DNA of 64,000 bases from Octopus vulgaris (lineage: Eukaryota). The stretch covers positions 76,880,001-76,944,000 of the forward strand of contig OX597830.1 of NCBI GenBank assembly GCA_951406725.2, written 5' to 3'. Below, piece by piece: positions 28,136-42,553 of the stretch (the stretch's first letter is position 1; every line of letters starts with the position of its first letter). Both the position numbers and the translations under genes were made by a program. The notes below the pieces were generated by a model that was given only the letters and a program-made list of their open reading frames with translations, did no database searches and was not told where the DNA came from.

Positions 28136-29337
28136 CAATGGGAGAGATAGATGAACAGATAAATACAGAGAGTGAGAGAAGATACACGGATAGACAATAA
28201 AAGATAGACAGATGCAGAGAGAGGAAGTATGAATGAGGGAAAGAGAGACAGACATATGCGAAATGGCGGTGTGTATCTTACTCGAAGTTAGAGGTAAATT
28301 CGTTTCCATGACAAATTTAAAACTACGTGACACTTGCAGAGGTGAAAGGTCAATGTAAGCAGAGAACGTTAATTTGGAGAAAAACTGTAAAATTTAGAAA
28401 TTACTACTGGATATTATCCAGATGTTGCGTCTGAATGTAAGATTTTATGAAAGTGTGTTTGTGTGTGTATGTATGTATGTATGTATGTATGTATGTATGT
28501 ATGTATGTATGCGTGTGTATATGTATATATATATATATATGTGTGTGTGTATGTATGTATGTGTGTGCTTATGTATGCATGTATGGTTATATATGATTAT
28601 ATATATGTGTGTATGTGTGTACGTGTCTACGTGTGTATAAATATATGTATGTATGTTTATACATTCATGCATACATAAATACATTAAGATACATACATAC
28701 ACACATACATACATGCATACATACATACATACATACACACACACATACATACATACATACATACATACATACATGCATGCATACATACATTCATAAATTC
28801 ATACCTACCTACATACATACATACATACATACATGCATACATACACACACACACATACATACATACATACATATATACATACATGCATACATACATTCAT
28901 AAATTCATACATACATACACACACACACATACATACATACATACATACATACATACATACATACATACATGCATACATACATACATTCATAAATTCATAC
29001 CTACATACATACATACATACATACATACATACATACATACATACATGCATACATACATGCATACATACATGCATACATACATACATACATACATACCTAC
29101 ATACATACATACATACATACATGCTGAACAGTGAGAATGAATGCTCAACACCGCATTTTGTGGATAAGTAATCCCTATTTGTTGTTTAACAATGGATTAT
29201 TCATGGAGGAATTCGCCATTTTAAACCGTTCCACTGAAGAACGGTGGAAATCGAGTTCATTTTGGGTGAGAGGTATCCAACAAGACGGACGCGATTTTCT
29301 ACATTAAACCCTTAATCGACAAATAAAGTATGTATAT

Positions 29338-29753
29338 AGGCGCAGAAGTGGCTGTGTGGTAAGTAGCTTGTTTACCAACCACATGGTTCCGGGTTTAGTC
29401 CCACTGCGTGGCACCTTGAGCATGTGTCTTCTACTATAGCCTCGGGTCGACCAAAGCCTTGTGAGTGGATTTGGTAGACGGAAACTGAAAGAAGCCGTCG
29501 TATATATGTATATATATATGTGCGTGTGTGTGTTGTTTGTGTGTCTGTCTTTGTCCCTCTAGCATTGCTTGACAACCGATGCTGGTGTGCTTATGTCCCC
29601 GTTACTTAGCGGTTCGGCAAAAGAGACCGATATAATAAGTACTGGGCTTACAAAAGAATAAGTCCCGGGGTCGAGTTGCTCGATTAAAGGCGGTGCTTCA
29701 GCATGGCCGCAGTCAAATGACTGAAACAAGTAAAAGAGTAAAAGAGTAAAGAG
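29338..29753 (+). mobile_element. SINE family B, full length
   Basis: AGGCGCAGAAGTGGCTGTGTGG head through an (AAGAGTA)n tail. Confidence 0.85.
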
Positions 29754-30156
29754 TATATATGTATACTTGTGTCTGTGTGTGTGTGTGTGCTTGTGCGTAA
29801 ATGTGTGTATATACGAGGGGGTACGCAAAAGGAAGCAGAATTTTGCAATATTATTTTATTGCCTTTGTTTTACATGTTTACACTTTTATCTCCTTCTAAG
29901 TATTCTCCATTTGAAGCAATGAATGCTACGGTCCAGACGCATTTGACACTGTTCGAAGCAGTCCTGGAACTCTTGCGAAGGGATGCCTTTTAACGCCAGG
30001 TAAAATGCTTAACGGTATTTCGTCCGTTCTGAGTTCAAATTCCGCCGAGGTCGACTTTGTATTTCATCCTTTTCGGGATCGATAAAATCAGTGACAGTTG
30101 AACACATTTCCACCTCCAAAATTGCTGCCCGCGTGGCAAAATTTGAAACCATTATC

Positions 30157-30304
<148 letters not shown>

Positions 30305-30864
30305 GAGTGAGAGAGCAGTGCATGCCATCAAAGTGACACTAGGGTAAAATATACGAAGCCCAGTATACCCATCATGACTACCCGTCTGATAAGGGTACAC
30401 TAGGCACATGCATCACAACCATGTGTGCGCGACATGGTGATCTCATATCAAGATAAACAGCACATGACCTTGCAGGTGGGGCCCAGTTAGAATTTTCTTC
30501 TGGTCGAGTAGCCCATCCCGCTCAAACGGTCCCTGAATAAGGGTTGTTTAAGGATGTTGAAAGAACCACCCATGTTTCCAGAGGTGAATTATTCAAACCA
30601 CAAAGAATACCTCTCAACACATGGCTATGATGCTCCCCAACTACTTCTGCTTGTGATTAGAGATGTACTTATCGTCAGCCACTAAGGGACATGCTCAACT
30701 GGTTAAAGCCAAGCAACTGACAAGCAAATCTGTGGTATTGAGCTGATATTTGTTGTAGCCCATCTTTTATACCAAGACAAAACAATGTACATGATAACAC
30801 TTCCAAACAGTTAAAAATCAGAAGCCATGACAGCCACTGCTTGGTACTGCATCAGAACATTTAT
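30305..30864 (-). mobile_element. ~560-bp non-coding element inserted in (TAA)n, apparently full length
   Basis: Left end shared with the 27189 copy, right end shared with the 37957 copy; long (TTA)n flanks on both sides. Confidence 0.8.
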
Positions 30865-30865
30865 C

Positions 30866-30943
<78 letters not shown>

Positions 30944-31923
30944 TATGATTCAGACATGAGAAAGGGTACTTCCCCGCCCTTTGCTAAACTTTTCGAACTT
31001 AGATCGATACGAGAGTTGTTCAGTTTTAAAATCTTTATATTGATGACAAAATCAATATGGAATTGTTCGACCAGCTGGAAATAGCAGTCAAATATTACTC
31101 AAAACGTACACAACCGTCCGAAACTGAGAAGGTATAATTTACAGCTTAGTCATAGGTGGAATACATTTGGTCATAAATTCTTTTCCATCACGGTTGATAT
31201 AACGGCAACACAACAACAGAAACAATGACGTAAGCGGACGGTGCTACGTAGGACCTATCGGTGTTCCACTGAGCTGCTAAAACCAGCCGACGAATCTTCC
31301 TCAAAATGTACTTTTTAACTGTCGTTACAAAGCGAGCTTCTTCACCATACAGCCATGTTTGCGCTTATGTACTGTATCGATTCGTTGAACGTTGTTTGGT
31401 TGAACCACGTGATTGATCTCTGGACGGCTTCGCTATAGAGAAAAAGATTCATTAATTTTTCAGATATCAGTCTAAAAGTAGTTCGAGGGCATCTTACTCA
31501 TTATTAAAACTGGAATTAAAATATATACATCACAAGAGAAATATTTAATGTTTGCTGACAGCCAACAAGTTCCGGTTTCCGTTGAGATGTTATCAGGATG
31601 AAGGCGGAAATTCTAAATTGTTATGCAGTGGACATCGGAGCATGCGTAAAGAGTGATTTTACTGAGATGCCTGCCAGGCGGCGCTAACATCCTGTCTTTT
31701 GAGAAATGGAGATTGTAGATGTACAAAAAAAAAAAAAAGCCGACTCATGTCTTTGTAGATGCAGTAATTCCTAAAATAGGACAATCACGTGTTTATTACC
31801 TTCGTAACGTTTTAAATTTTTATTTTTCGGACTTTTTTTTCCTTATAGTAGGAAAATTACAAATAAGTCCGCAACCCAGCGACACATACGTACGCACGTA
31901 ATACATATACATGCAGATATACA

Positions 31924-31984
<61 letters not shown>

Positions 31985-32171
31985 ATGTATATATGTATGG
32001 ATATATATGGATATATATATTGTTGAAATTCACAAAAGAACAGAAGATGAAGACACGTGTAAAAACAACAAGCAGGTGTATTACTTTAAACATGTATATA
32101 TATGCATATATATGTGTATATACATACATACATGTATATTTGTATGTATGTATGTATGTATGTGTGTATAT

Positions 32172-32572
32172 TCTTTTATTGTTTTACTTGTTTCAGTCAT
32201 TTGACTACGGCCATGCTGGAGCATCACCTTTCGTCGAACAAATCCACCCCAGGACTTCTTTGTAAGCCTATCAGTTCCTTTTTGCTGAACACTAAGTTAC
32301 AGAGACGTGAATTCTCCAACATCGGTTGTCAAGCGATGGTGCATGGCGACCAACACCGACATAGAAATACACACACACACACACACACACACACATAAAT
32401 ATACATATGCAACAGGATCCTTTCAGTTTCCGTCTACCAAATCCTCTCACAAGGCTTTGGTCGGCCCAAGGCTATAGTAGAAGACACTTGCCCAAGTTGC
32501 TACGCAGTGGGACTGAACTCGGAACTATGTGGTTCGTAAGCCAGCTACTTACCACACAGCCACTCCTATGCC

Positions 32573-32575
<3 letters not shown>
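32172..32575 (-). mobile_element. SINE family B
   Basis: Matches the other B copies. Confidence 0.8.
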
Positions 32576-32609
<34 letters not shown>

Positions 32610-32614
<5 letters not shown>

Positions 32615-32862
32615 CGTGATCACCGTGACCGACCAGGATATCAGATGTTGCTACACATCGCTGGTCACAATGCGCTTCGCATTGTTTTAGCCTTCAAATG
32701 ACGCCACCCCGCTGGCTAAGCGAGCAGGCCGACAGAAGAAAGAGTGAGAGAAAGTTGTGGCGAAAGAGTACAATAAACACTCACAACGGCCGGTCTGGGA
32801 ATTGAAACCGCGATCCTACGACCGCGAGTCCGCTGCCCTAACCACTGGGCCATTGCGCCTCC
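32610..32862 (-). mobile_element. SINE family C (tRNA-like head), internally deleted
   Basis: GGAGGCGCAATGGCCCAGTGGTTAGGGCAGCGGACTCGCGGTCGTAGGATCGCGGTTTCAATTCCC head; tail ...GGTCACGGTGATCACGGTGATA. Confidence 0.75.
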
Positions 32863-33599
32863 ATATATATATATATGCAAAAATACATGCATACATACGT
32901 ACATACATACATACATACATACATACATACATACATACATACATACATACATACATGTATACATACATATAAAAATAATATATACCATACCTTTACACGT
33001 GCATATGTAAACACATACATATATATATATGTTTGTGTGTGTGAGCATATCTATGTATGTATTTATATAATTAAGCACACACTTAGTGGTCAATATCGAA
33101 ATACACAGAACACATAAAAACAAACATCAGCAAATAAATAACCTATCAAACAATAAACAAACAAAAAAAATAAATAAACGAATAAATAAATAAATAAATA
33201 AATAAAATGTAAAGGTCAGGTATGAATCAAATCCGAAGTCTACGAGCTGACGCCTAGCAGCATTAAATTATTGAAACGGTTTGACTATCATTCGTCACAC
33301 CTCAGTAATTCGAACCACTGACTTGATCAACCTTTACCATACCTCCTACTGATCTATCAAATTTAAGATCCTTGGCTTCGTTTGTGTTATTTATGTTTTA
33401 TCTTTCAGCCTAATCTCTAATTGGTTTCCAAAATCATTATTAACTTATTAACATAATGTAACCAATCCTTCCAATTTTACTCAGACAATCACTCGCGATA
33501 ATCACCGTGATAATCTAATGATCTCTGGTTAATTTCTTTATATTACATTCCATCCTATATTTTTGTTCCTCCTTATTGGTTACTGGAATTGGTGAATAA

Positions 33600-33650
<51 letters not shown>

Positions 33651-33850
33651 TATTTGAGTAGTTGAATGAATTATCTTATTATGGATAATTCGAATTAACC
33701 GATACCTGGGTAGCAAATTCACATCAGAAAAAACACGGTTGAAGTTACGTGCCTAGGGCATAGATTACGTGCTTTCGTGTGGAAATTTGTATGTTTATTT
33801 TAAAAATATAAATATATGAAAGAATGGAGTTGAACGACGAATTAACAAAA

Positions 33851-33949
33851 TTCCTTTATTTTCGACATATGTTTCGAAGGCTGCATATTCCTAATTGCGA
33901 AGGAATGAGGAGTACATTATGCCGCTTTCTCATCAGGAAAAGCAAGGAA
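33851..33949 (-). ncRNA. Type I hammerhead ribozyme with intact core
   Basis: UUCCUUgcUUUUC-CUGAUGA-GAAaGCgGCAU...AUUCCU-loop-AGGAAU-AUGCaGCcUUC-GAAAC-AUAU-GUC|GAAAAuaAAGGAA. All core nucleotides and helices I, II and III are present; cleavage is predicted between 33864 and 33863. Confidence 0.85.
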
Positions 33950-33956
33950 CTTATAA

Positions 33957-34019
<63 letters not shown>

Positions 34020-34289
34020 TATATACATGCACATTCGTACATACATACATATATATGTATATAGATATGCCTATATGGACGTCACAAAACGTAAACAACA
34101 TGAAATACAAAAATAAAGTTAGATACGCAAACAACGTGAGAAACAAATGGAAAACATAAAGAACGACCCTTCATCCGTTGTCGGCTGTCCTTCTACTCCT
34201 TATTATGAAATATATATATATATTTAGACGGTCCTCCGGCATGTCAGAGTGAAAATGACTGAAACAAGTAAAAGAATAAAAGAATATAT

Positions 34290-34540
34290 ACGTAGGTTTG
34301 TATTTATATATGTGCAGATTTGTATGTTTTGCTTTATATATGTATTCTCATTGCATATAGTTGCTTATCTAGACATGCTCATATATATTTAAATGATTAA
34401 CTTCTGGAAAGTCTTACAGATTTTTACAGTTCCGATGATGGAATGGATCTGTAGTCTTCGAATTAGTTTTCTCCTTTCTGGTTTTGAGGAACCTAATTTC
34501 TCAAGATTGGTATTTAGGCAGATTGTTAGATATCCCAGTG
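34290..34540 (-). mobile_element. RLE-type non-LTR retrotransposon 3' end (C-terminus + 3' UTR)
   Basis: LGYLTICLNTNLEKLGSSKPERRKLIRRLQIHSIIGTVKICKTFQKLII* resembles the post-'IGALG' C-terminus of RLE LINEs. Confidence 0.6.
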
Positions 34541-34572
34541 TGTATATGTGTATTACCACATGTATTCTCATC

Positions 34573-34663
<91 letters not shown>

Positions 34664-34685
34664 ACTATTTATCTATGTATCTATG

Positions 34686-34744
<59 letters not shown>

Positions 34745-35666
34745 ACGTTTGCATTATGTATGTATTTATGTATGTATGTATACATATGTGTGTGCGTGCT
34801 TGTGTGTGTGTATGTTTGCGTGTGTATGTGTGTGTATGCCTGTCTATATGAATGTATGTATGTGTGTGTGTGTATGTATGTATGTATGTATGTATGTATG
34901 TATGTATTTATGTATGTATGTATGTATGAGCGTATTATTTACCGAATATATAGTGAAAATGTATGAGCGACATGGCCTCCGAAATACGACGAAAATTTTT
35001 AACCCTTCATAATATCATAATATATAATACTATGAAGAAATATTCATACAGTACTTTAAATGATTTCTTGATCAGTGAAACTGCTTGCTGCTTCAATAAT
35101 ATCTGCATTGGTCTGTTTCCGTTCTTGCATGTCAGCAGCATTAAAGTTTCCATAAAGAATTGTCTCCCAGCTATAATTTAACGGTTTCCCTCATATCTTG
35201 CAGTTCAGATGCCACCTGTGTTATGTGGAATCTTTAAAAGCTTCGACTTGATCATACACTAGATCAGCAAACATCACCTTCGACCATAACTTCTGTTGCT
35301 GACTTAAAAGTGTTTCACGCTTGACTGCATTCTATCCAATCACGAGCGATAATTTTACATCTCTTACATTTTAACTGCACTGAAAGTCTATAAAGTTGAT
35401 CTCATTCACCATTCCCATCATAAAACCATTTTTATAGAGATATTTAAAGTTCTTAACGGCTCCATGATCCATGGTTTGAATCACTGATGTTACGTTTTGT
35501 AGCATGAAGCAAGCATAAATAGTTCCCTAACGAGAAATTATTTTAACGTTATGCGCATAGACTTTGCACATTTTGAGAAGTATCATGCATTGTGTATTTG
35601 AAGGATTCTTCAATTCTGTTTGAATTCCGAAGAACTGATGAAACAAAATTTTGAACGAATCATTTG

Positions 35667-36093
35667 CAACGGAGCACGTCCTCAGTAGGTGCCCAAGTGC
35701 CCGAGGAGAGGAAAGGAACTGCCAGAGGCACGACTAAGTTTTGAAGATCATAACAGACATCAAACACAGCAGAATTGGCCATTGCGGGCACCTCTGCCCA
35801 GAAATAAAGTTTACCCCTTTTGCCTGGGATGGCGGAAAGAAGACGCCAGCTCCTTGCTCGGCCTCCTCGCACCTACTTACAAAAACAAAAGCCTGGTAGC
35901 TAGAAGAAGACATGGGAAAGCGGCTAAAGTTTTCAGAAACTGTTCCCTCAACCTCACTAAAGCATTACGTAGTGTTGATCTTAGAGCATCCAAACAGGTG
36001 ATTCTGTTAGAACTCTCCGTCCCCTAGGAGGACCGCATCGAGGAGGCACATGAGAATAAAAGAATGAAATATGATATATTGGTGGAGCTTTGA
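35667..36093 (+). pseudogene. HERO-like non-LTR retrotransposon fragment (Zn knuckle + RLE)
   Basis: EHVLSRCPSARGEERNCQRHD*VLKII...SKQVILLELSVP*EDRIEEAHENKRMKYDILVE, compared with HERO-type 'HILS.C..ALG.GRY.WRHDQVL...ELTVPWE.RIEEAHERK..KY'. Confidence 0.8.
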
Positions 36094-36649
36094 TAAAGCA
36101 ATGAGAAGCAAAGAAGGTTTAATCCTATCATACGTATGAGACGATTAATAAAGTTCGTTGATTAGTTATCATTAGTCGCATTCAAGCAACCTCGGGCATG
36201 CAGCAAATCAATTTTGTGTTTCGCAGCGCAGCATAGCAAGCGAGCTTCCTAGTTTAATACTACTCAAGCATTGGGAATGATGTAATACACTGAGACCCTC
36301 CCACCAAGATTTCAGGCCTTGTTCCTAAAATTAGAAACTATTATTATTTTTAATTGTAGCAACTCTACCTCGTGTAAATGAATACTTTTTCTTATTTGTA
36401 AATATAAAGGTATATACACGTTCTATATGTGTGTAATTATGTGTGTGTATAATACTTTTTATATTTTCATAGTCTTATTCTTAATTCTAAAAATATTTTA
36501 TAGTTTTCTTCATCCTCTTATCTCTCTTTCATTCTTGCTTTCTTTTTTATATTCTCTTTTTTTAGGGCTACATAATTTTTACCCAAGGTTTCGTATCTTT
36601 GCCTTTTCTATGATACATTTATACATACATACATATATATATGCATATG

Positions 36650-36915
36650 TTAGTTAGTTAGTTAATTTGGCTCAAAAGCAAATAGCAAGGCCATGTAGGG
36701 GGACATGGAGTTAAGTACAGGGTGGTGTTCATGTAAAGAGTTCAGGCCACTTGAGGTCCAGGGAGGCTTTGAACAAAGCGGTCGTCGGCATCTTCACCAT
36801 CTCGTCTGGCAGCTTGTTCCACGGATCCGCAACCCGGACGGAGAAAGCTCCTCTCCTTCGATTGAGATGAAATCGTCGCAGGTAGAGCTTTTCGGAATGA
36901 CCCCGCAGCCGACGC
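36650..36915 (-). mobile_element. CR1-clade LINE 3' end
   Basis: RLRGHSEKL...FSVRVADPWNKLP...FKASLD...* is a typical CR1 ORF2 C-terminus, followed by a short UTR and (TAAC)n tail. Confidence 0.85.
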
Positions 36916-36967
36916 ATGTATATTTGTATATACATGTATGTATATATATGCATACACACACACACAC

Positions 36968-37006
<39 letters not shown>

Positions 37007-37007
<1 letters not shown>

Positions 37008-37172
37008 GGTGCAGGCATGGATGTATGGTAAGAAGCTTGCTTCCCAATCACATGGTTCTGAGTTCAGTCCCACTGCATGGCGCCTTAGGCATGTGTCTTC
37101 TACTATAGCCTAGGGCCAACCAAAACCTTGTGAATGGATTTAGTCGACAGGAATTGAAAGACACCCGTCGCG
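37007..37172 (+). mobile_element. SINE family B, 5' half
   Basis: GGTGCAGGCATGGATGTATGGTAAGAAG...GAGTTCAGTCCCACTG. Confidence 0.75.
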
Positions 37173-37173
37173 T

Positions 37174-37268
<95 letters not shown>

Positions 37269-37800
37269 TTGTGTGTGTGTGTCTGTACGTAAAAAAAATA
37301 ACAACAACTGCAAGTGATATAATAAATATCCTAGGGTAGGATTACTTGCAAATATACTCATATATTTTAATTAAAAATACTGTTCCGATGCTAGGGAACT
37401 AATGAGTAAGGTCCCGTAATTTTGAGGGACTTAACATTATTTATATCAATTTATTTATTTCTAATAATTTTTCCCATTTTTCATAAAGCTCTGTTTTATA
37501 ATTTATGTATTTAGGGATAGATGTATGCATGCATGTGTGTATACATATATGTTTTTAATTTATAAATACATTTACATTCCTCCTTTCGTATTAATTAATT
37601 TCTTTATAACTTTTTAACTGTTTTATAGTCATTACTGTGTTGCCTTTTTTTATATTGAAAACTGTGTCCTCTATGTTAATTGAATAAAAATGAAAAGTTA
37701 TTTCCCCCCATTATAAATGCTTAAATAAACTGGCTGTAAGTCAGACTTTAAATTTCGAGGTGCTTTTATTATTATAATTATTATTATAATTATTGTTGTT

Positions 37801-37957
37801 GCTCAACTCGTTATGGTCAAATCCATGGTATTGAGCAGAATATTTGCTGTAGCCCATCTTTTATACCAAGACAAAACAATGTACATGATAACACTTGTAA
37901 ATAGTCAAGATTAGAAGCCATGAGAGCCACTGCCCGGTACCGCATCAGGGCATTTAT
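37801..37957 (-). mobile_element. Partial copy of the (TAA)n-embedded element
   Basis: Matches ~30693-30864 (GTAGCCCATCTTTTATACCAAGACAAAACAATGTACATGATAACAC); followed by (ATC)n/(ATT)n. Confidence 0.75.
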
Positions 37958-37972
37958 CATCATCATCATCAA

Positions 37973-38104
<132 letters not shown>

Positions 38105-38113
38105 GTATGTATG

Positions 38114-38147
<34 letters not shown>

Positions 38148-38319
38148 TATAGATATATACATATATACATGCGCACACACACACACACACACACACACGC
38201 TCAGGAGCACATTTACATATTTATATTAGTGTAAATATATATTTACATACACCCACGTTTCCACATATATAAATGGCATTCGTGCATACATACATCAATA
38301 CAAACACACATATACGTGA

Positions 38320-38690
38320 CCGAAGGACTTGCTCTCTAAAGCCAACAAATCTGTGAAATCTCCTCTAGCTGCTACCAAATTCTCTCTACTCCACCCCCAT
38401 AGTGCCTCATTCTCACACTCAACTTCACATCACCACATTGCACCCGATTTCGACCTCTGGTCATTAGCACATCCACCCCCTTACCTATAACAAGTTGTGT
38501 CGTTAGCTAATTAGTCCCAACCTGCCGTTTTACACCCATCAACACCACCGTCACTCCGTGGATCTGTCATGGCGTTACAGCATCATATTCGTCCAGCCTA
38601 ACCTCCCCACCACTAAACGCCTATCTGACACGAAATCTCCCGAGGCCACCCCTACGTGTCCTTGTATTCTCTTGCTGTATACTCGAGTTA
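38320..38690 (-). pseudogene. Possible highly decayed RTE-type LINE C-terminal fragment
   Basis: Non-microsatellite, higher-GC block with faint resemblance to the RTE ORF end; no clean frame. Confidence 0.3.
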
Positions 38691-39399
38691 CAGATACTGG
38701 TGAGATGTGACAGAGCAAGCATATGTTCCTTTTATGAGGAAATAGACTTAATGAGCTACAAGAGGTGGTTACCAGGTATTACTATACCGTGATAGGGTGT
38801 ATGTTGTGTTCGTAGACAGACACATGCAGTGGACTGTACACATACACATATTCCACGTGTGTGTGTGTACATGAATGAATACGTATATAGGCTATTAATT
38901 AATGATTCACCCCTTAGGGAAGGAGAGAATAAGCAATTTACTAATCGCAAGGAATTCTCAAACGAATAGGTAGATAATTTGAAGAAATTATAAATTTTCA
39001 CATAAATTATAATTTTTACTTATATTAGGCAATTCACTTTATTAGGCTTAATTGCGCAATACATGGGAAATCATATTAGATTTGTAGAGAAGGAAAAGAC
39101 TTAAATAGAAAAATTGTACATATAAGCAATAAAGAAACCCTATTATTTGTGCATGACTTATTTTAATATATATATATATAAACTTCAGCTGTTACGGCAT
39201 TAGGTCTTTACACCAAATGGAATATACGGGAGCTTTAATTCTGTGTAGTGGAATTCAGCCTTAGCATATCTTTCAATTCTTCTAGGTGCAGGCACTCCGG
39301 GATCTTCCGTATCTCTTTCTCTTTCATTCTCTCTCTCTCCCTCGCTCTAACCTTTTCTCCTGGTGGTTCTTTCTGTTCAACCCTTGATACATAGTCTCT

Positions 39400-39637
39400 G
39401 TATGGTAAGAAGCTTGCTTTCCAACAACATGGTTCTGGGTTCTGTCCCACGGTGTGGCACCCTGGACAAGTGTCTTCTACTGTAACCTGTAACCTCGGGT
39501 CGACCAAAGCCTTGTGAATGGATTTGGTAGACGGAAACTGAAAGAAGCCTGTCGTATACACACACACACACACACACATATATATACATATATGTTTGTG
39601 TGTCTGTCCCCCTCCCACCGTCACTTAGCAACCGATG
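39400..39637 (+). mobile_element. SINE family B, partial
   Basis: GGTAAGAAGCTTGC...GACCAAAGCCTTGTGAATGGATTTGGTAGACGGAAACTG. Confidence 0.75.
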
Positions 39638-40723
39638 GGTTATTTAGTATTATTTAGTATTAGAATATTTAAATGTTCTTCTATATATATGACAACATTT
39701 CAATGTCAAATTACTTTTCAATTTAATAATACTAATTTCAAAGTAATTATATAATTCATTTCCCCAAGGCAAAAGTTACATTTAACATTACCAGTATAGT
39801 TCGATGGTGCGTATTTAATAATGGAGCACTTTGAATCATAGTTAATGTTCCTGTCTTTTAAATTCTAAATGCATTTGCTAAGATTCGTAGAATTACATTT
39901 TCTTCTATACTTAAATGAATGAGAATGATTATGTAGTGTAGATTTCCAAATTGTAGGAGACGAACTTTTCTTAAACACTGATTTTCAAAGGGACAAATAA
40001 TTTTGTTTCTGATATTACAAAGGTCTGTATTTGCTTGCATGTGTACAACATACACAGGTCGGTCATTGGCTATTATAAAAGACACTTCCTCAGGGTTCCA
40101 CAGAGTGGGCCTGAACCCGGGACAATGTGGTTGGGAAGCAAACCACACAGCCACTCTTGCGCCTATTGATATGATAATTTATTATCTATGTCTTATTCTC
40201 TATAAACTTCCTGTAACGTTATGGTTTTCAAAACAACGTGAAATTTTCACAATATTTGCTCAATTATATAATTTTACATGATAAACATGCTGGCGATGAT
40301 TACTAACATACCAGTACAGGGTGCGTTATGAATAAATAAATAAATGCACAGAGCTATATTCGTGTGCATTCATTTAAACGCACTGAAAAGACCTCGTGGG
40401 TTCTGTTTCCCCCGCTAGACTAAATATAAATGCGTACCAACATGTGTAAGTTTAATTATTCATAATCCATGCTCTGTTGATTACTGTAGTTATCGTATAC
40501 AATATGGTTCCACTCGTTGATTTCGAAAAACTGAGAGGATCATTGACAGGAACTCGTAGGAATATAGGCCGTGGAAGACAGAGAGAGAGAAAGAAAGAAC
40601 GATATTGGTTAAAAAGGAGAGGAAAATGCGAGCCTAAAAGCAAGAGGCCGCATGAGACAATATATAATGGATGTTTAAGACATATTCAGGCATAGGCATA
40701 TGCACACACAAATACAGACCCCT

Positions 40724-40800
<77 letters not shown>

Positions 40801-41419
40801 CACACAGACACACACATGTAATACATAGCAGGTACCGATGTCGTTCATCCCACCATGAAGAGATTGGTTAAACTTTTGAGAAATGCCACTCAGTATCTGT
40901 ACTCGATATATGTATGTATATATGCATGTATGTGTATGTATTCATGTATGTGTATGTATGCATATGTGTGTGTGTGTGTGCGCGCGTGTGTATGTGAACC
41001 AAGGATTGGCAAAAGCACAAGCGTTACATAGTCACATTTATTACCTCAGTGATATTTTTTTTTGATAAGCATTTCAGTCAGAACAGGAGATGCACTAAGT
41101 CGATTACATCGACCCCAATGCCCAAATGGTACTTATTTCATTGACCTATGAAATGCAAAGTCGACTCGGCGCAATTTGAACTCAGAACGTAAAGCAGGAA
41201 AAAAATGACGATTGGCATTTTGTCCAAGGCATTAACGGTTCTGCTTAGCACTCCACTTTAATACGATGATAATGAGAAAACTCATGTTATGGGAGTTGAA
41301 TTTTGAGGTGTGGCTGCATTGAAATTCATTTCACTGAAATGCATTTGAGATAGAGATATTCACATATGTTAACCCTTTCATCATATTCCTACTTCAAAGT
41401 AACTAGGAATGTGTGTGTA

Positions 41420-41494
<75 letters not shown>

Positions 41495-41541
41495 CTATAT
41501 ATATATATCCATATATATATATATATGTACATACATACATA

Positions 41542-41576
<35 letters not shown>

Positions 41577-41579
<3 letters not shown>

Positions 41580-41742
41580 AGCTACTACACATTCTTTATT
41601 TTCTCTCATTGTTTCTTTCTGTGGGAAAGCATTGGCTCGAAACGTTAAAGACTTTTTCACTTCCCGAGCGTTAAACTAATACATCTGTTTGTTGTCTACA
41701 CCACCTGTTTTCGCCTTTTATTTCTTTTGGTGATTTCTTCCC

Positions 41743-41745
<3 letters not shown>
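41577..41745 (+). mobile_element. TA/CA-embedded short element with a decayed minimal hammerhead
   Basis: Reverse-complement homologue of 20221-20400 (GGCTCGAAACGTTAAAGACTTTTTCACTTCCCGAGCG). Confidence 0.55.
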
Positions 41746-41812
<67 letters not shown>

Positions 41813-42063
41813 CATGCAAAGAGAAAGAAAGAGAGAGGGAGTCAGGGTAACTTTAAATTAAGGAGTGGAACGTACAATTTCCTGTAAGTTAGACAAACTC
41901 GTGGTCCCAAAGACAAAATGGAAAAGGCGTTACCCCCAGAGGATAGCAGCGGGGATGCGCTGGGTCATTTGCGGGTCATTGAATTGTGCATAGGAAAGAG
42001 GAAGATTAATTAACGAAGTTAGCTCTTTTTGTTTGTTTGTATGTTTTTTTTTTATATTTAGAA

Positions 42064-42366
42064 CAGTGCTTCTTAGCCATTTTTTACCCATGGACCCTTT
42101 GATTGCTATTTTTCTCTGCTGGATCTCCTTAGCTATTCAATGCTTAAATAAAACGCTGCTGTATTTTTGTATTTAAATATTATTAGGAATGGTATAAAAT
42201 ATATTTGGTGTATTGTAGAAGCATAAGCTGTCGATAGACTGCTGGAAAAGATGTTTTCCTGGGACTAAAACAACAATAACATCGTCCTTTATAGGACTGC
42301 CACGTTATGTTGGCTATTCATTGCACCAAAATTTTAACGACAAAATCTTATATGGACAAACCATTG
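42064..42366. mobile_element. hAT-type MITE
   Basis: CAGTG...CATTG ends; exact 8-bp TSD ATTTAGAA at 42056-42063 and 42367-42374. Confidence 0.75.
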
Positions 42367-42464
42367 ATTTAGAAGGATGTGACAGATTAGGTTATATGGG
42401 TTCGAAATTCATAGGCAGTGCAGTAGTCTGGGTGTGTTTTCGTGCGTGTGTGTATGTGTGAGAA

Positions 42465-42553
<89 letters not shown>

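Noticed and set aside
32790-32862. tRNA-like sequence
   Set aside because: It is a SINE head continuing into a repeat body; the cloverleaf is incomplete.
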